Part shown: positions 29,580-39,914 of the stretch, piece after piece
How positions within the stretch are numbered: the first letter of the stretch is position 1
Layout of the letters: every line of letters starts with the position of its first letter
Translations under genes and position numbers: made by a program
Source of the DNA: a virus
Taxonomy: Duplodnaviria > Caudoviricetes
Direction: 5' to 3' (one strand)
DNA: 64,000 nt
IMG/VR virus record: IMGVR_UViG_3300021399_000099
Coordinates: 1 to 64,000 of that record
Notes under the pieces: generated by a model
What the model was told of the DNA's origin: nothing
Database searches by the model: none
Seen by the model: only the letters and a program-made list of their open reading frames with translations

Positions 29580-29903
29580 TTATAGTTCATTATAACCGAG
29601 CCGTTTCCATTCTCTGCATTTGGACTTGATTGCATTTTGCTGGGCTGCCGGGAGGGTTTCGAACTTATAGCCGAACCGGGAATAAAGTTGTCCTACCCGG
29701 GCGAAGAGGATTGTTATCCGCCTATCAGTCAGGTTGTTATACACGATGATGATGCCCTTGTCGGTCAGTTCGAACCTTTCGGGTCCGTCTTTATGTCCCC
29801 GGTCGATTACATTGGTGAGAACCACGTTTCCGGGACCGCCCAGGTTGTCGATGATGGTTTCACGATAGGCCCGGTCAAAAGAGAAGTGCTTTGTGTTTGT
29901 CAT
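29580..29903 (-). CDS. Hypothetical protein
   Basis: 107-aa ORF; first gene of the leftward arm. Confidence 0.85.
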   Translation of the reverse strand: MTNTKHFSFDRAYRETIIDNLGGPGNVVLTNVIDRGHKDGPERFELTDKGIIIVYNNLTDRRITILFARVGQLYSRFGYKFETLPAAQQNAIKSKCREWKRLGYNEL

Positions 29904-30067
29904 ATGTCATTCCTTGTTGGTTACATCTATATATACGGCTAAACCAGCCAATTCTTACATTAAAACTACAAAAAATTATCGGGCTTAACAAGTTTTATCC
30001 CCGGTCTTTAATGTACCCCAGGAGTTTGGCACACTTATTGCATATAGTATAGGTGTTAAATCAATAA

Positions 30068-30268
30068 ATGTTACATATTATGGTTAATTTTATCCTTACT
30101 CTTTGTGCAGTATTTGCAACCATCTCCCTCATCGCCATCGCCGTTGAACTCTCAAACACCAGAACTGCCGTTGAAGATTTGGCATCCGGTCTTGACGAAC
30201 TGAACTCCGCTCTTGACGAGCTGAACTCGAATATCCGGGAATCAAGTATGTCCAAAGGTCGCAAATAG
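30068..30268 (+). CDS. Small membrane-anchored coiled-coil protein
   Basis: N-terminal hydrophobic helix and LDELNS repeats; promoter at 30027. Confidence 0.8.
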   Translation: MLHIMVNFILTLCAVFATISLIAIAVELSNTRTAVEDLASGLDELNSALDELNSNIRESSMSKGRK

Positions 30269-30324
30269 TTTGTGGCACACTTCTTGCATATAATAGGGTG
30301 TAGTCAAAAAAAAAACGAAATGAT

Positions 30325-30564
30325 ATGAACGACCTTTTCTCACAAGTCCTCGGCACTATCCGCAATGGTATGAAGATTACCTTCACCCCCGACAATGTTG
30401 CTTGTGGCGACCACTTCTTAATCTTCTCCGCCAGCAAGGAAATCACCGTTACCTTCCACACGAACTCCGTCCCCTTTTGGATTGACTTCAATGGGGGCGA
30501 ACCTATGCACTTGGCGGACTGCCCCGAAAGTTTCTTTGAAAGTATCCTTTTGAATGCCAAATAG
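30325..30564 (+). CDS. Hypothetical protein
   Basis: Promoter at 30273. Confidence 0.85.
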   Translation: MNDLFSQVLGTIRNGMKITFTPDNVACGDHFLIFSASKEITVTFHTNSVPFWIDFNGGEPMHLADCPESFFESILLNAK

Positions 30565-30713
30565 TTAGCCCGTCCGGTGGGGTATATTAAAAGTACGCCC
30601 CACCCAAGTTTAGCAAGTTTTTAAAATATTTTATTTTCAACTTTCAACCTGGGACCGGAAGTTTGGCATAGAATGTGCAATAGTATAGGTGTAACCCCAA
30701 AAAACTGAAAATT

Positions 30714-31118
30714 ATGCTTACGATTAACGACTTCACCACCGACCACGAGAACCTTGTCAATCTCCTTTCCGTTGCTACTTATGGCAACTACTGGCCCGAT
30801 ATTAGGGCATACAAGAGCGATGCTGAAAGTGGCTTGTTCGATGACTGCGAGTGCTGCGAGGACAAGTGGGCAAAAGCACTGATGCACGGCAAGGGTGTTG
30901 TGGTCTATGACTGGTATGAGCTGGACGATGCCGAAACCGATGAGGAAAGGGCGTCAGCAAGACACGAAATCACCCTTGTCGATGTGAAGAGAGGGCTGGA
31001 ACTGATGCGTGACAAATACCCCCGTCATTATGCCGACCTTGTGGAGGAAAACGATGACGCAATCACGGGAGATGTTTTCCTGCAACTTGCGGTTTTTGGA
31101 GAACTTATCTACGGATAA
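30714..31118 (+). CDS. Conserved acidic phage protein
   Basis: C-terminus DAITGDVFLQLAVFGELIYG; promoter at 30664. Confidence 0.85.
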   Translation: MLTINDFTTDHENLVNLLSVATYGNYWPDIRAYKSDAESGLFDDCECCEDKWAKALMHGKGVVVYDWYELDDAETDEERASARHEITLVDVKRGLELMRDKYPRHYADLVEENDDAITGDVFLQLAVFGELIYG

Positions 31119-31184
31119 TCTCCTTGTGGCACGAAACTTGCTTATAGTATAGTATAATGTTAAACCAATAAACCCTCTACGATT

Positions 31185-31472
31185 ATGAAAACTATCGCTG
31201 AACAGAACTCCGAACGTCTCGCTGCCCTCTCCGTTGCTTTCTGCAAAATGAATGGCATTGACACCAATATGGAGGTAGTACCCGCCCTCACTGACTGCAT
31301 TATGGGTGGAATCGCCAAGTGGTATGCCGAAAACGGACGTACCGACTTCAACCCCCGTACCGAACTGATTGCCGATGATGCTATCGTGTCGGCTTTCGCA
31401 CGGGCACAGGAAATCGTAATCCTCGCTGCTATCTCTGCTCAAACGGGTGTGGGTATGGATTGGGACGACTAA
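31185..31472 (+). CDS. Hypothetical protein
   Basis: Promoter at 31127. Confidence 0.85.
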   Translation: MKTIAEQNSERLAALSVAFCKMNGIDTNMEVVPALTDCIMGGIAKWYAENGRTDFNPRTELIADDAIVSAFARAQEIVILAAISAQTGVGMDWDD

Positions 31473-31600
31473 TCCAACCGCCCAACTCTCTCATTCCCGG
31501 GGGTATATTAAAGAACCTCCGGGGCATCCGTTAATCTCCAGCCCATTGACTTCCAAGTTTGGCACAGGATTTGCAATACTATAGGAAAAACGATAACGAT

Positions 31601-31768
31601 ATGAAAAAGTTTTGGGTAGTTGGAATCGTCTATGACACTGACGGCGAAAATATTGACCTCCCGGAAAGTATGGAGGTAGAGTGTGAAGATATTGAGCAGG
31701 CTATCGACCGGGTGAGTGATGAAACCGGGTGGCTCGTTAAAAGTGTTAAAAATATCATTGAGTTGTAA
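31601..31768 (+). CDS. Small acidic protein
   Basis: Start trimmed to ATG 31601, downstream of promoter 31560; SDETGWLV motif. Confidence 0.85.
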   Translation: MKKFWVVGIVYDTDGENIDLPESMEVECEDIEQAIDRVSDETGWLVKSVKNIIEL

Positions 31769-31829
31769 AAAGTTTGGCACACAATTTGCCTATAGTACTA
31801 CTGAAGTTTAACCCCTAAATCTTTTTGTT

Positions 31830-32273
31830 ATGAGCAAGCAGTACGACACCCGTTATTTCACCGCAAAAGTCAATGGCAAGGAAATCGAGTTCCGTTGCCA
31901 CACTACAGACACCCGCAACGGCTTTTGCCATACCGCCCACTATGTAGGTTGGGACTATGACATCAACGACACTAAAGTGAGTTACTACAATCGCACGTGG
32001 GAGCGGTTCGAGTACGAAAGTGTCCTCAAGCGGGCAATCGAGAAACTGCCCACTGAAGTCCGCCAGCAGGTCTATGACCAAATCATTGACGGAAAGGCAG
32101 CTGAAGAGGAAAAGAAAGCTGACGAAATGGTCGAGGCTTTCCAGAAACTCCACTCCAGCCTGTCGGACGAGAACAAGGAACGTCTTGCCAACTCCGGGAT
32201 TGAAATCCGCACTGAAGACGATGCCCGTGGCGTTATGGGCCTTATGGCTTTGATGAGCATAATGCAGGGATAA
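31830..32273 (+). CDS. Hypothetical protein
   Basis: YYNRTWERFEYESVL; promoter at 31775. Confidence 0.85.
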   Translation: MSKQYDTRYFTAKVNGKEIEFRCHTTDTRNGFCHTAHYVGWDYDINDTKVSYYNRTWERFEYESVLKRAIEKLPTEVRQQVYDQIIDGKAAEEEKKADEMVEAFQKLHSSLSDENKERLANSGIEIRTEDDARGVMGLMALMSIMQG

Positions 32274-32469
32274 AAACGAAATGCGAAGGCGGAGTAGCTA
32301 ACCGCGCCCGAACCCTTGAGGGAGGAAACGATAGGGCTTGGCCAACCGGAGGACGGGTTGGACTTAACTGCCAGGTAATCAAATACTTGGCGGTTTTGTT
32401 TTAACTTTAGCCCCGGAATTATTTTAATATACCCCGGTCTTGTGGCACGATTTTAGCATATAGTGTGGT

Positions 32470-32697
32470 ATGAGCAGATATTACCATAGTTTTCCAAGGG
32501 CTTACAAGAAACGCCCCATCTACACCGCCCTTTTTACCGAGGAGGACAAAGCCAAAATGGAGTACAACAAAAATATGAGTTTCCGCAAGTTCGTAGCCGA
32601 GTGGAACGCAGATGCACCGGAGTTGCTGGGCTGGTCGTTACTTGATTTTTACAATGCCTTCAAAAAAGGTGGCGTGCAACTCGCATTTTCCTTTTAG
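32470..32697 (+). CDS. Hypothetical protein
   Basis: Promoter at 32443; near-leaderless start. Confidence 0.75.
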   Translation: MSRYYHSFPRAYKKRPIYTALFTEEDKAKMEYNKNMSFRKFVAEWNADAPELLGWSLLDFYNAFKKGGVQLAFSF

Positions 32698-32737
32698 TTT
32701 GGCACGGAATATGCAATACTAATAGTGTAACCCCAAA

Positions 32738-32962
32738 ATGAGCAACGAAATGAAATACATTGTCAATTCCCAAGACCACAAAGCAGTCAATCTCGCAAAC
32801 GTTATAGGTATTTCCATATCCAACAACTACCTTATGTTGTCGCTGACCGATGGACGTGAAATGCGTTTCTTCTATGGCACTGAAAACGTGCTTAACGACC
32901 TTTTCAGCCGGATTATGGACTTTATCGACGAGGACGGAACAAGTGTCCTTAACTGCAACTAA
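32738..32962 (+). CDS. Hypothetical protein
   Basis: Promoter at 32700. Confidence 0.8.
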   Translation: MSNEMKYIVNSQDHKAVNLANVIGISISNNYLMLSLTDGREMRFFYGTENVLNDLFSRIMDFIDEDGTSVLNCN

Positions 32963-32991
32963 ACTATTAAAACATTCTAAATCAGTTAATT

Positions 32992-33465
32992 ATGAAAAAG
33001 TTTTCCGTTACCATTGACCGCACAGTTCATCAAGCCCGTACCCTTACCATCAAGGCTGAAAACGAAGAACAAGCTTACGATGCCGCTGTGGATATTTCTG
33101 CTGAGGATGATGGTTGGGACGGTACGGAGTACGACACCACCTATGAAATCAAGTTGGAGGAAGTGCCCAACGACTACATTGACCGGGAGGGAAATCCCTA
33201 CGATGCGGACGATGACGAACACTGCTGGCCCGCTGGTGGTGGTCTGCATAAGGACTGCGAATACAACGCTGACGCCCTTTATGCCTACTATGTAGTTAAA
33301 GACCGCGATAAGATTTTCGCCTACCTCACCAACAAGTGTTTTTGGCTTGAAGATTGCCAGCGGGCGTTTGAGGTGTGGAGAAAGGGCAACACCAAAATCG
33401 TCTTTGAGAACTATGACACGCGTGCTGGACTTTGGGGCTATATGCACACCGAGTTAGACAAGTAG
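32992..33465 (+). CDS. Acidic hypothetical protein
   Basis: 157-aa ORF with an A-rich leader. Confidence 0.85.
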   Translation: MKKFSVTIDRTVHQARTLTIKAENEEQAYDAAVDISAEDDGWDGTEYDTTYEIKLEEVPNDYIDREGNPYDADDDEHCWPAGGGLHKDCEYNADALYAYYVVKDRDKIFAYLTNKCFWLEDCQRAFEVWRKGNTKIVFENYDTRAGLWGYMHTELDK

Positions 33466-33706
33466 CGACCAGGCCGGGGTATATTAAAACAATCCCGGTC
33501 CCTCGCTTAAAAATCCGGAGCTGGAGTTTGGCACGCTTTTTGCAATAGTATAGAATGTAATGGGAAAGTTGAAAGTGGCGGAAAAGGCAGAGCCACGCAA
33601 AGGACGGATAAGGATTGACTAACTGCACCGAAAAGTAGTAGCGTAACACTCAGTAGGATAAACTTCAAACCCCGTCACCCATTTTATTTATAAAAACACA
33701 AAGATT

Positions 33707-33910
33707 ATGACCCCAATTAAAATCATCAGTTCTATTTGTTTGGCTTTTTGCGTTGCCGGACTTCTCGTTGCCCTTATTGAAATTGTGATGAAGTTTGTTG
33801 GATTTATCGGTAAGTCAATAGCAAAAGAGCCGTGCAAGATAAGTATTGCCGGCGAACTTATTTTTGTTTTCATTTTTTCTTTCTTTATTGTGCTCTTTTT
33901 CATTATGTAG
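33707..33910 (+). CDS. Small two-helix membrane protein
   Basis: Two hydrophobic segments; stop codon overlaps promoter 33909. Confidence 0.75.
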   Translation: MTPIKIISSICLAFCVAGLLVALIEIVMKFVGFIGKSIAKEPCKISIAGELIFVFIFSFFIVLFFIM

Positions 33911-33949
33911 GCACGGGGTTTGCAATAGTATAGACAAAACACAAAGATT

Positions 33950-34129
33950 ATGAACCGCCATCAAATTGAAAACCTTATGCAGTCCCTCGCTATGTCGCAG
34001 GGCTTCTATGGCAGATTGCTTGACCAAATCTATTCCGCGCCCGAGGATGAGCAGGAAATGTTCTGGGAGAATATGGAAGCACAGAACTTCGGCTGTGACC
34101 TTGACGTTGTCCTCTTCCTTGAAAGTTAA
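33950..34129 (+). CDS. Hypothetical protein (59 aa)
   Basis: Manual translation MNRHQIENLMQSLAMSQGFYGRLL...DVVLFLES; promoter at 33909. Confidence 0.8.
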   Translation: MNRHQIENLMQSLAMSQGFYGRLLDQIYSAPEDEQEMFWENMEAQNFGCDLDVVLFLES

Positions 34130-34150
34130 ACCAATAAAATATATCGCCAT

Positions 34151-34300
34151 ATGATTGCAACTATCATTATCGGTCTTGGTCTTTTCACCGCCACGCCCAA
34201 CATTCCAGCCACCAATGTCGCACCCAAACAGACCGCCATTGTCTTCGAGGACCAGCAGGCAATCTACAACATCCCTCCCAAGAAAAAGGGACGCAAGTAG
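34151..34300 (+). CDS. Small protein (49 aa) with hydrophobic N-terminus
   Basis: Manual translation MIATIIIGLGLF...KKKGRK. Confidence 0.6.
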   Translation: MIATIIIGLGLFTATPNIPATNVAPKQTAIVFEDQQAIYNIPPKKKGRK

Positions 34301-34441
34301 TACGATGCTGGAGGGGGTATATTAAAAGTATGCCCCGCCCAATTTTAACGCAGACCCGATTTTTTTTTAATTTTTTCTCTTTAGCCGGATAGTGGCACAG
34401 GTTTTGCAATAGTATAGATGTAACCAAAAAACAATAAAGAT

Positions 34442-34669
34442 ATGAGACCTCTTTTCGAAATCGCCCGCGAAATCCGCAAGGACTGGAAGAATGTTTCCTA
34501 CTATGCCGCCCCCTACCTCAATGCTATGTCCTGTCTTAATAGCGTTGATGACAAGTACATTATGGACTCCGGTCGCTCCATTGTCGCCTATTTCCTCGCA
34601 AATGCCGGTTCTTGGCGTGGCGAGACCGCAAAACGCATCAAGGCAGAACTCAAGTCTATGGTCAAGTAA
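34442..34669 (+). CDS. Conserved phage hypothetical protein
   Basis: MRPLFEIAREIRKDW...YFLANAGSWRGETAKRIKAELK; promoter at 34393. Confidence 0.88.
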   Translation: MRPLFEIAREIRKDWKNVSYYAAPYLNAMSCLNSVDDKYIMDSGRSIVAYFLANAGSWRGETAKRIKAELKSMVK

Positions 34670-34728
34670 GTTTGGCACGCAATTTGCCTATAGTAGTACT
34701 GAAGTTTAACCATTAACCCCTTTTCGTT

Positions 34729-35037
34729 ATGAAGACCATCAAGAAATCTCTCCTTCTCCATCAGCTGGGTGCAGTCCAGTCCATCCGCAACCTCGTTTCC
34801 CCTCGTTCCTACCGCCCTGTCGCCAATCAGTTCGATGCGGTACATACCAACGGCATTTCATTTCAATCTTACAACTCGCTTATTGCGGTGCGTATGAACG
34901 GCTATCTCTACCTCACTGCTGACCACGACTACAGCAGAACCACCAGCAAATACTGCACCGAATGGACGGGTTTCTCCACGAAGGAACGCAGAGAGGGGCT
35001 GGAGTCCGGCAAGTTCATCGCAATCGTGGAGGACTAA
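34729..35037 (+). CDS. Conserved phage hypothetical protein
   Basis: FQSYNSLIA...DYSRTTSKY; promoter at 34673. Confidence 0.88.
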   Translation: MKTIKKSLLLHQLGAVQSIRNLVSPRSYRPVANQFDAVHTNGISFQSYNSLIAVRMNGYLYLTADHDYSRTTSKYCTEWTGFSTKERREGLESGKFIAIVED

Positions 35038-35207
35038 GCCACAATGCCTGAAGACCCTGGGGGTATATTAAATGCTCCCAGGTCCTTGCGTTAAGCCCAG
35101 CTCCGGTTTGGCACGGATATTGCAATATCAAGTAATGGTACGCACTTGAGTACCTTTTGGCACGATAGTTGTTTATAGTATAGTGTAACCAATAAACAAT
35201 AAAGACA

Positions 35208-35525
35208 ATGAAAGGTTTTTACTACATTAAGAACTCCATTGACGAATTTCGCAGTGAGCCGAGTGTCTATGCTGAAACACTTGAAAAAGCAAAGGAAGCC
35301 ATCAAGTATTGTGCGGATTGGTATCTTTCGAATGGAACCGGCAGAATCTACTTTCAGCCGACAGAGTTTGAGGTGGTCGAATTGACCCAGGAGCCCAACC
35401 GATTTTTGGGTGAAACCGAGCCAGTCAAGTACAAACGCATCCGTCAGCCCAATGCGAAATTCATCTGCCGTGGAAAGGGGCTTGACGAGAACGGAGAGGT
35501 AATTTTCTCCGAGGAAGAATACTAA
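35208..35525 (+). CDS. Hypothetical protein
   Basis: Promoter at 35158. Confidence 0.85.
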   Translation: MKGFYYIKNSIDEFRSEPSVYAETLEKAKEAIKYCADWYLSNGTGRIYFQPTEFEVVELTQEPNRFLGETEPVKYKRIRQPNAKFICRGKGLDENGEVIFSEEEY

Positions 35526-35574
35526 TGGCACGATAGTTGCAGTATAGATAGTGTAACCAACAAAGACAACGAGT

Positions 35575-35814
35575 ATGTATAGCAAGAAAGCAAAGATGAT
35601 GGTAGCCGAGCAGATTGTCGGTATGATTGAAAACAATGTGCTGAATGAGTGTAATATGGAGTCATTTATGGGCTGGCTTGAAAACGGAGATGCCTTCTAT
35701 GACGCCGATTGCTACACCGATGAGGAGATTGATGAGGCGATGGCTTTCGCATATCAAATCGCTGGTATTGTCGACACGCTTTCTTGGCATCTTGCGCCGG
35801 AAAGAGAGGACTGA
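35575..35814 (+). CDS. Acidic hypothetical protein
   Basis: Promoter at 35526. Confidence 0.85.
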   Translation: MYSKKAKMMVAEQIVGMIENNVLNECNMESFMGWLENGDAFYDADCYTDEEIDEAMAFAYQIAGIVDTLSWHLAPERED

Positions 35815-35861
35815 TGGCACGATAGTTGCATATATCATAGTGTAACCAAAAATCAACGAGT

Positions 35862-36323
35862 ATGTACGGAGAAGAAAAAATCATCGGCAAGAAGGTCAAT
35901 CTCTTGGAGAAGGTTGGCATCTGCGATTGGAAGATGACTGATGAGGTTTGCGAAATCGTGTCGGTTGTTCCGTGGTCGCAGGAACTGAACGATTGGTGTC
36001 AGCACTATATCGTAAGAAAACCGGACGGAACCGAAGTTGAAGTCCGTGAGTGCGAGTGCGTGTTCTCCCCCAACACCGAAAAGCCTGCCGACTATATGGC
36101 ACACGACTTTCTCAATGACAATGGGGTGTGGGCAGATGTTTGGCATCACTACGGAACTTCCGCCCTTGTGGTCAGCATTGAGTGGGGGGATTGGCGTCAT
36201 TCCCATTTGTGGGCAAAGACCCTTATGGAATACCTCGGTTATGTCAAGGTAGGCGAGGTTGTTACGGAGGAAGACGGAAGTGATTGCTATTCAGCGGAAC
36301 ACTACTTCATTAAAGCGGTGTAA
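35862..36323 (+). CDS. Hypothetical protein
   Basis: WGDWRHSH...EEDGSDCYSAEH; promoter at 35815. Confidence 0.85.
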   Translation: MYGEEKIIGKKVNLLEKVGICDWKMTDEVCEIVSVVPWSQELNDWCQHYIVRKPDGTEVEVRECECVFSPNTEKPADYMAHDFLNDNGVWADVWHHYGTSALVVSIEWGDWRHSHLWAKTLMEYLGYVKVGEVVTEEDGSDCYSAEHYFIKAV

Positions 36324-36460
36324 ATACTTGAAGGTCTGGGAGTTATGGGGTTCTCCCGGGCCTCGAGTTAAGCCATCGCCCAGCATTATTTTAATATACC
36401 CCGGTCTTGTGGCACGATAGTTGCTTATAGTATAGTACAACCAAAAAAAAAACATCAGTT

Positions 36461-37198
36461 ATGAGAGAGAACGAATACCTTATCAACACCATTCAGGAAA
36501 TCACCTTGCAAGCCTACGCTTTCGGCATTTATGACTATTTCTCCAACGAAAGGGATATGTCAAGAACGCATATCTTCAAAATCTTCGTTGAGTGGGCAAA
36601 GGAGTTTGAGGAAACCCATAAAGACTTTGATTGGATGCAGGGTTCTTTCTATGACGAGGTGGATGATTTCCTCACGTGCCGTTTTGACTCAATCAAAATC
36701 GAAGACAAGGTTAGGGACGCTTTCCCCGGTGGCATCACCAAAGGTGACCACATTTCCTATGAGGGTGGCATTTTCAAAATCACCGGCTTCACTGAAAGTG
36801 GTATTTTGGTCAAGGAAATCGGCGGGACGCTTGATAGTGAGTGGGAAACAACCGAAATCGGGTTCTCACAAAACTACAAGGTGATAATCCTCCCGGACTA
36901 CGAGGAAGTTATGGACACCACCAATGGACACAACCCGGAACTTGTAGCGAAAATCAACAACGCTTGGAACGAAAAACGCGAGCAGTTCTTCCCCATTCTT
37001 TGTGCCCTTTACAAGAGGGACAATGACGAAATCCTTGCGAGCGATGCGTTTGCTGATTGGAAGAAAGTCAGCAAGGACTACGACACCCTTTACGAGTATA
37101 TGGAGGCGAATTGGGACATTGAGGCATACAACTACCTGCAACACATAGCGGACGATACCGACTTGGAGTGCATCCTCAACTACCTGCACGCTCAGTAA
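36461..37198 (+). CDS. Acidic hypothetical protein
   Basis: 245 aa; promoter at 36410. Confidence 0.88.
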   Translation: MRENEYLINTIQEITLQAYAFGIYDYFSNERDMSRTHIFKIFVEWAKEFEETHKDFDWMQGSFYDEVDDFLTCRFDSIKIEDKVRDAFPGGITKGDHISYEGGIFKITGFTESGILVKEIGGTLDSEWETTEIGFSQNYKVIILPDYEEVMDTTNGHNPELVAKINNAWNEKREQFFPILCALYKRDNDEILASDAFADWKKVSKDYDTLYEYMEANWDIEAYNYLQHIADDTDLECILNYLHAQ

Positions 37199-37307
37199 AA
37201 GAAGTGCCCGGGGTATATTAAAACTATCCTGGGTCTTGCTTTAAGCCGCCTTGCAGTTTGGCACGATAGTTGCTTATAGTATAAGTGTAATCAAAAAACA
37301 ACAAGAT

Positions 37308-37544
37308 ATGGCAAAGAACACTCTCAAATGGCTTGAAACCGAATACTGCGGAAAAGCTGACACCACTATCCAACCAGTTCTCGTCAATGACATCCTTCTC
37401 TACACCCTCTTTGACAACAGGGGTTTCAATTACGTTTTCACAACCATCTATGCAATCCACCTTCATTTGTCGGGTTTTGTCAATCAGTACGAATTCACCT
37501 GCGGGAGTGAGGAGGATTTGATTGAATATCTTGAAAACTGCTAA
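37308..37544 (+). CDS. Hypothetical protein
   Basis: Start trimmed to ATG 37308; promoter at 37259. Confidence 0.82.
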   Translation: MAKNTLKWLETEYCGKADTTIQPVLVNDILLYTLFDNRGFNYVFTTIYAIHLHLSGFVNQYEFTCGSEEDLIEYLENC

Positions 37545-37556
37545 AAAGACAAGAAT

Positions 37557-37802
37557 ATGAAAATGTTTTACATTATTTCGTGTGACGACCTTTGGGAGTT
37601 CCTGGAAGATACCGAGTGCCCAAAGGAAATAATCGAAGACACTGATTTTGATAGTGTCAGCGACGAGCAATACAAGGAAGCTGTAAATGCCCAAGGGTGG
37701 ATTCTTCCGCTTGACCGCTTCGTGGAGGCATTTAACGAAGATAACGACCTCTGCCCCACGCCCTCATACCACTACATCAGGGTTTTTGACAAGGAAAGTT
37801 AA
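37557..37802 (+). CDS. Acidic hypothetical protein
   Basis: Second gene of the unit. Confidence 0.82.
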   Translation: MKMFYIISCDDLWEFLEDTECPKEIIEDTDFDSVSDEQYKEAVNAQGWILPLDRFVEAFNEDNDLCPTPSYHYIRVFDKES

Positions 37803-37864
37803 AAACAACTAAGTTTGGCACGTATCTTGTAATATAAAGGGTGTAACCGATAAAGAAACAAGTT

Positions 37865-38176
37865 ATGACCGAAAAAGATTCCAACGCCACGTGGCAGAAT
37901 AAACTGATTGACGATATGACTGACGAAGAACTCCGGGAATTCAAAGACCACTGCTTTGACGAGTATGAGAAAACCGGGTTCATTGAAAAGTTCGATTCCC
38001 CGTATGACGATATCGGTGGGGGAGAGCACGAACACAACGGAATGACTTTCAAGGTTATCCGCAGAGCCACCACCGAGGAGGTCGATATCGAGGTTATGCC
38101 CGTGTGGCTTGTCGAGTTCGAGAACGGAGATACCGCTTATTGCTACCCGGAAGAAATCTGCAAATTAGAACACTGA
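37865..38176 (+). CDS. Acidic hypothetical protein
   Basis: Promoter at 37816. Confidence 0.85.
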   Translation: MTEKDSNATWQNKLIDDMTDEELREFKDHCFDEYEKTGFIEKFDSPYDDIGGGEHEHNGMTFKVIRRATTEEVDIEVMPVWLVEFENGDTAYCYPEEICKLEH

Positions 38177-38305
38177 GTTTTGTGCAACTGCCTTATTTCC
38201 AGGTGGTTGCACCATTTGTTAAGCCGGAGCCACCCAGCATTTTAATATACCCCCAGGAGTTTGGCACAGGATTTGCAATATAGTATAGTGAAACCAATAA
38301 AGACA

Positions 38306-39100
38306 ATGAATATGAACTCCACCGAAATCAAGACCCTCGCCACCAAGATGTTCAACACCACCAAGAAGAACCTCGCTGATGCCCGCAAGTACAACAAGGA
38401 CAACAAGACACGCAAGGCCCAGCAGGTCAATATTTCCGTATATGACCACGATTATTGGAAAGGCAACACCCGCACCACCGAATACTATGCCTTCAATGTA
38501 GATGGCAAGGAAATCGGTAAATGCACTTACCGGAGCGACATTGAAAGTGTGTTCCGTGAGTTTGGACATATGCTGGATGCACAAAAGAAAGTCAAGGGTT
38601 GGGGCGGACTGAACTACGCCAACGATAAAATCACGTTCAATGTTGGGACGTGGGGCGGCTATTCCGTCAAGTTTATCCCGAAGGTGTGCCTTGCAGATGC
38701 TCCTTGCAGTGAATACAAGTCGCTGATGAACTTTATCAACAAGCACGGCAAAACCACCTATTGGGGTTCGACCTATGGGGCAGTCAATCTTGACAACTAT
38801 GAACTTTTTTCCGCAGCTATGGGTGGCAAGAGGGGTGTCCTTTGGGACGAATATGGCGAGCGGGTTTTCATTGACAACAAGCCGAAGAAGTGTGCCCGTC
38901 TGCTTGAAGAACTCCGCAAGACAAGAGGGTCAAAGGACATTATGATTTGCGAGAGGGGCGAGGAGAACTACATTGACCCCGAGGATAGGACATACTCCGA
39001 AAAGTATGAGATTGAGTGCGAGGGCGAAAAGCACAAGTACCTGAAAATCACTATCAAGACCCCCACCGGAAAGGTCAAGTACGAAACCAAAATCTTTTAG
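38306..39100 (+). CDS. Hypothetical protein
   Basis: Start trimmed to ATG 38306; promoter at 38262. Confidence 0.88.
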   Translation: MNMNSTEIKTLATKMFNTTKKNLADARKYNKDNKTRKAQQVNISVYDHDYWKGNTRTTEYYAFNVDGKEIGKCTYRSDIESVFREFGHMLDAQKKVKGWGGLNYANDKITFNVGTWGGYSVKFIPKVCLADAPCSEYKSLMNFINKHGKTTYWGSTYGAVNLDNYELFSAAMGGKRGVLWDEYGERVFIDNKPKKCARLLEELRKTRGSKDIMICERGEENYIDPEDRTYSEKYEIECEGEKHKYLKITIKTPTGKVKYETKIF

Positions 39101-39314
39101 AGATATGAACCCGTTTGAAAAGGAAGAACTTGAAAGGGCGTTGAACAATCCATTAGTGGATGTGTATCATATGCTCCCGCACTACACCATTGAAACCTAT
39201 TCCACCGGACAAGATAAACGCAGGGCACGCAGAAAGCAGGAAAGGAAAAACAAAAAGAAATAAGTTTGGCACGTAGTTTGCAATATAGATAGTGTAACCA
39301 AAAACAATACTGAT

Positions 39315-39452
39315 ATGACAACTTACGAAGAAATGCACGTCCTTTTTGACGAACTTACCGAGGGAGAGCAGGTTGATATTATGGTTGATTTCTACTACAC
39401 TATGCGGGATTCGCAGAAAGACAAGTTCCTCCGCGAAACAGAAAATGCTTAA
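39315..39452 (+). CDS. Small acidic protein (45 aa)
   Basis: Manual translation MTTYEEMHVLFDEL...; promoter at 39267. Confidence 0.7.
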   Translation: MTTYEEMHVLFDELTEGEQVDIMVDFYYTMRDSQKDKFLRETENA

Positions 39453-39465
39453 AAACCAATAAGTT

Positions 39466-39888
39466 ATGGCATACATAGTTATTCAGTGGCCCGATATCCA
39501 GCACTATATGGACTTGCAAGGTTTTGAGGAAAACTCCTACCTCATTAACGATGAAAAGGGAATGAACGATTTTGGCAGTTCCGCCTACTTTGTAGATGAG
39601 GAATGGCTGAACGAACTCGACCCAATGGGCATAGTCGAAGGTGTCGTAGAAGATTGCCTGCACACCCTTGAAGATGGTGAGGAATACGAATTCGAAACTC
39701 CCATCGAACTCTCCAACAACCTTATCGCTACAAAGTTTTGGGCAGATGACGGAAACGAAGATGTCCGTGTGGAAGTTTGGCAGACCTACCCGGATAAATC
39801 GTGGCGAGATGATATGTTCCTTTCCTCTATGGAAACCAAAGACGCGATTAAGGTCGCCAAAGCGATTAACGCCTATTGGGATTGTTAA
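39466..39888 (+). CDS. Acidic hypothetical protein
   Basis: MAYIVIQWPDIQ...SAYFVDEE. Confidence 0.85.
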   Translation: MAYIVIQWPDIQHYMDLQGFEENSYLINDEKGMNDFGSSAYFVDEEWLNELDPMGIVEGVVEDCLHTLEDGEEYEFETPIELSNNLIATKFWADDGNEDVRVEVWQTYPDKSWRDDMFLSSMETKDAIKVAKAINAYWDC

Positions 39889-39914
39889 GTTAAACCATTA
39901 AAAACTAAATAGTT

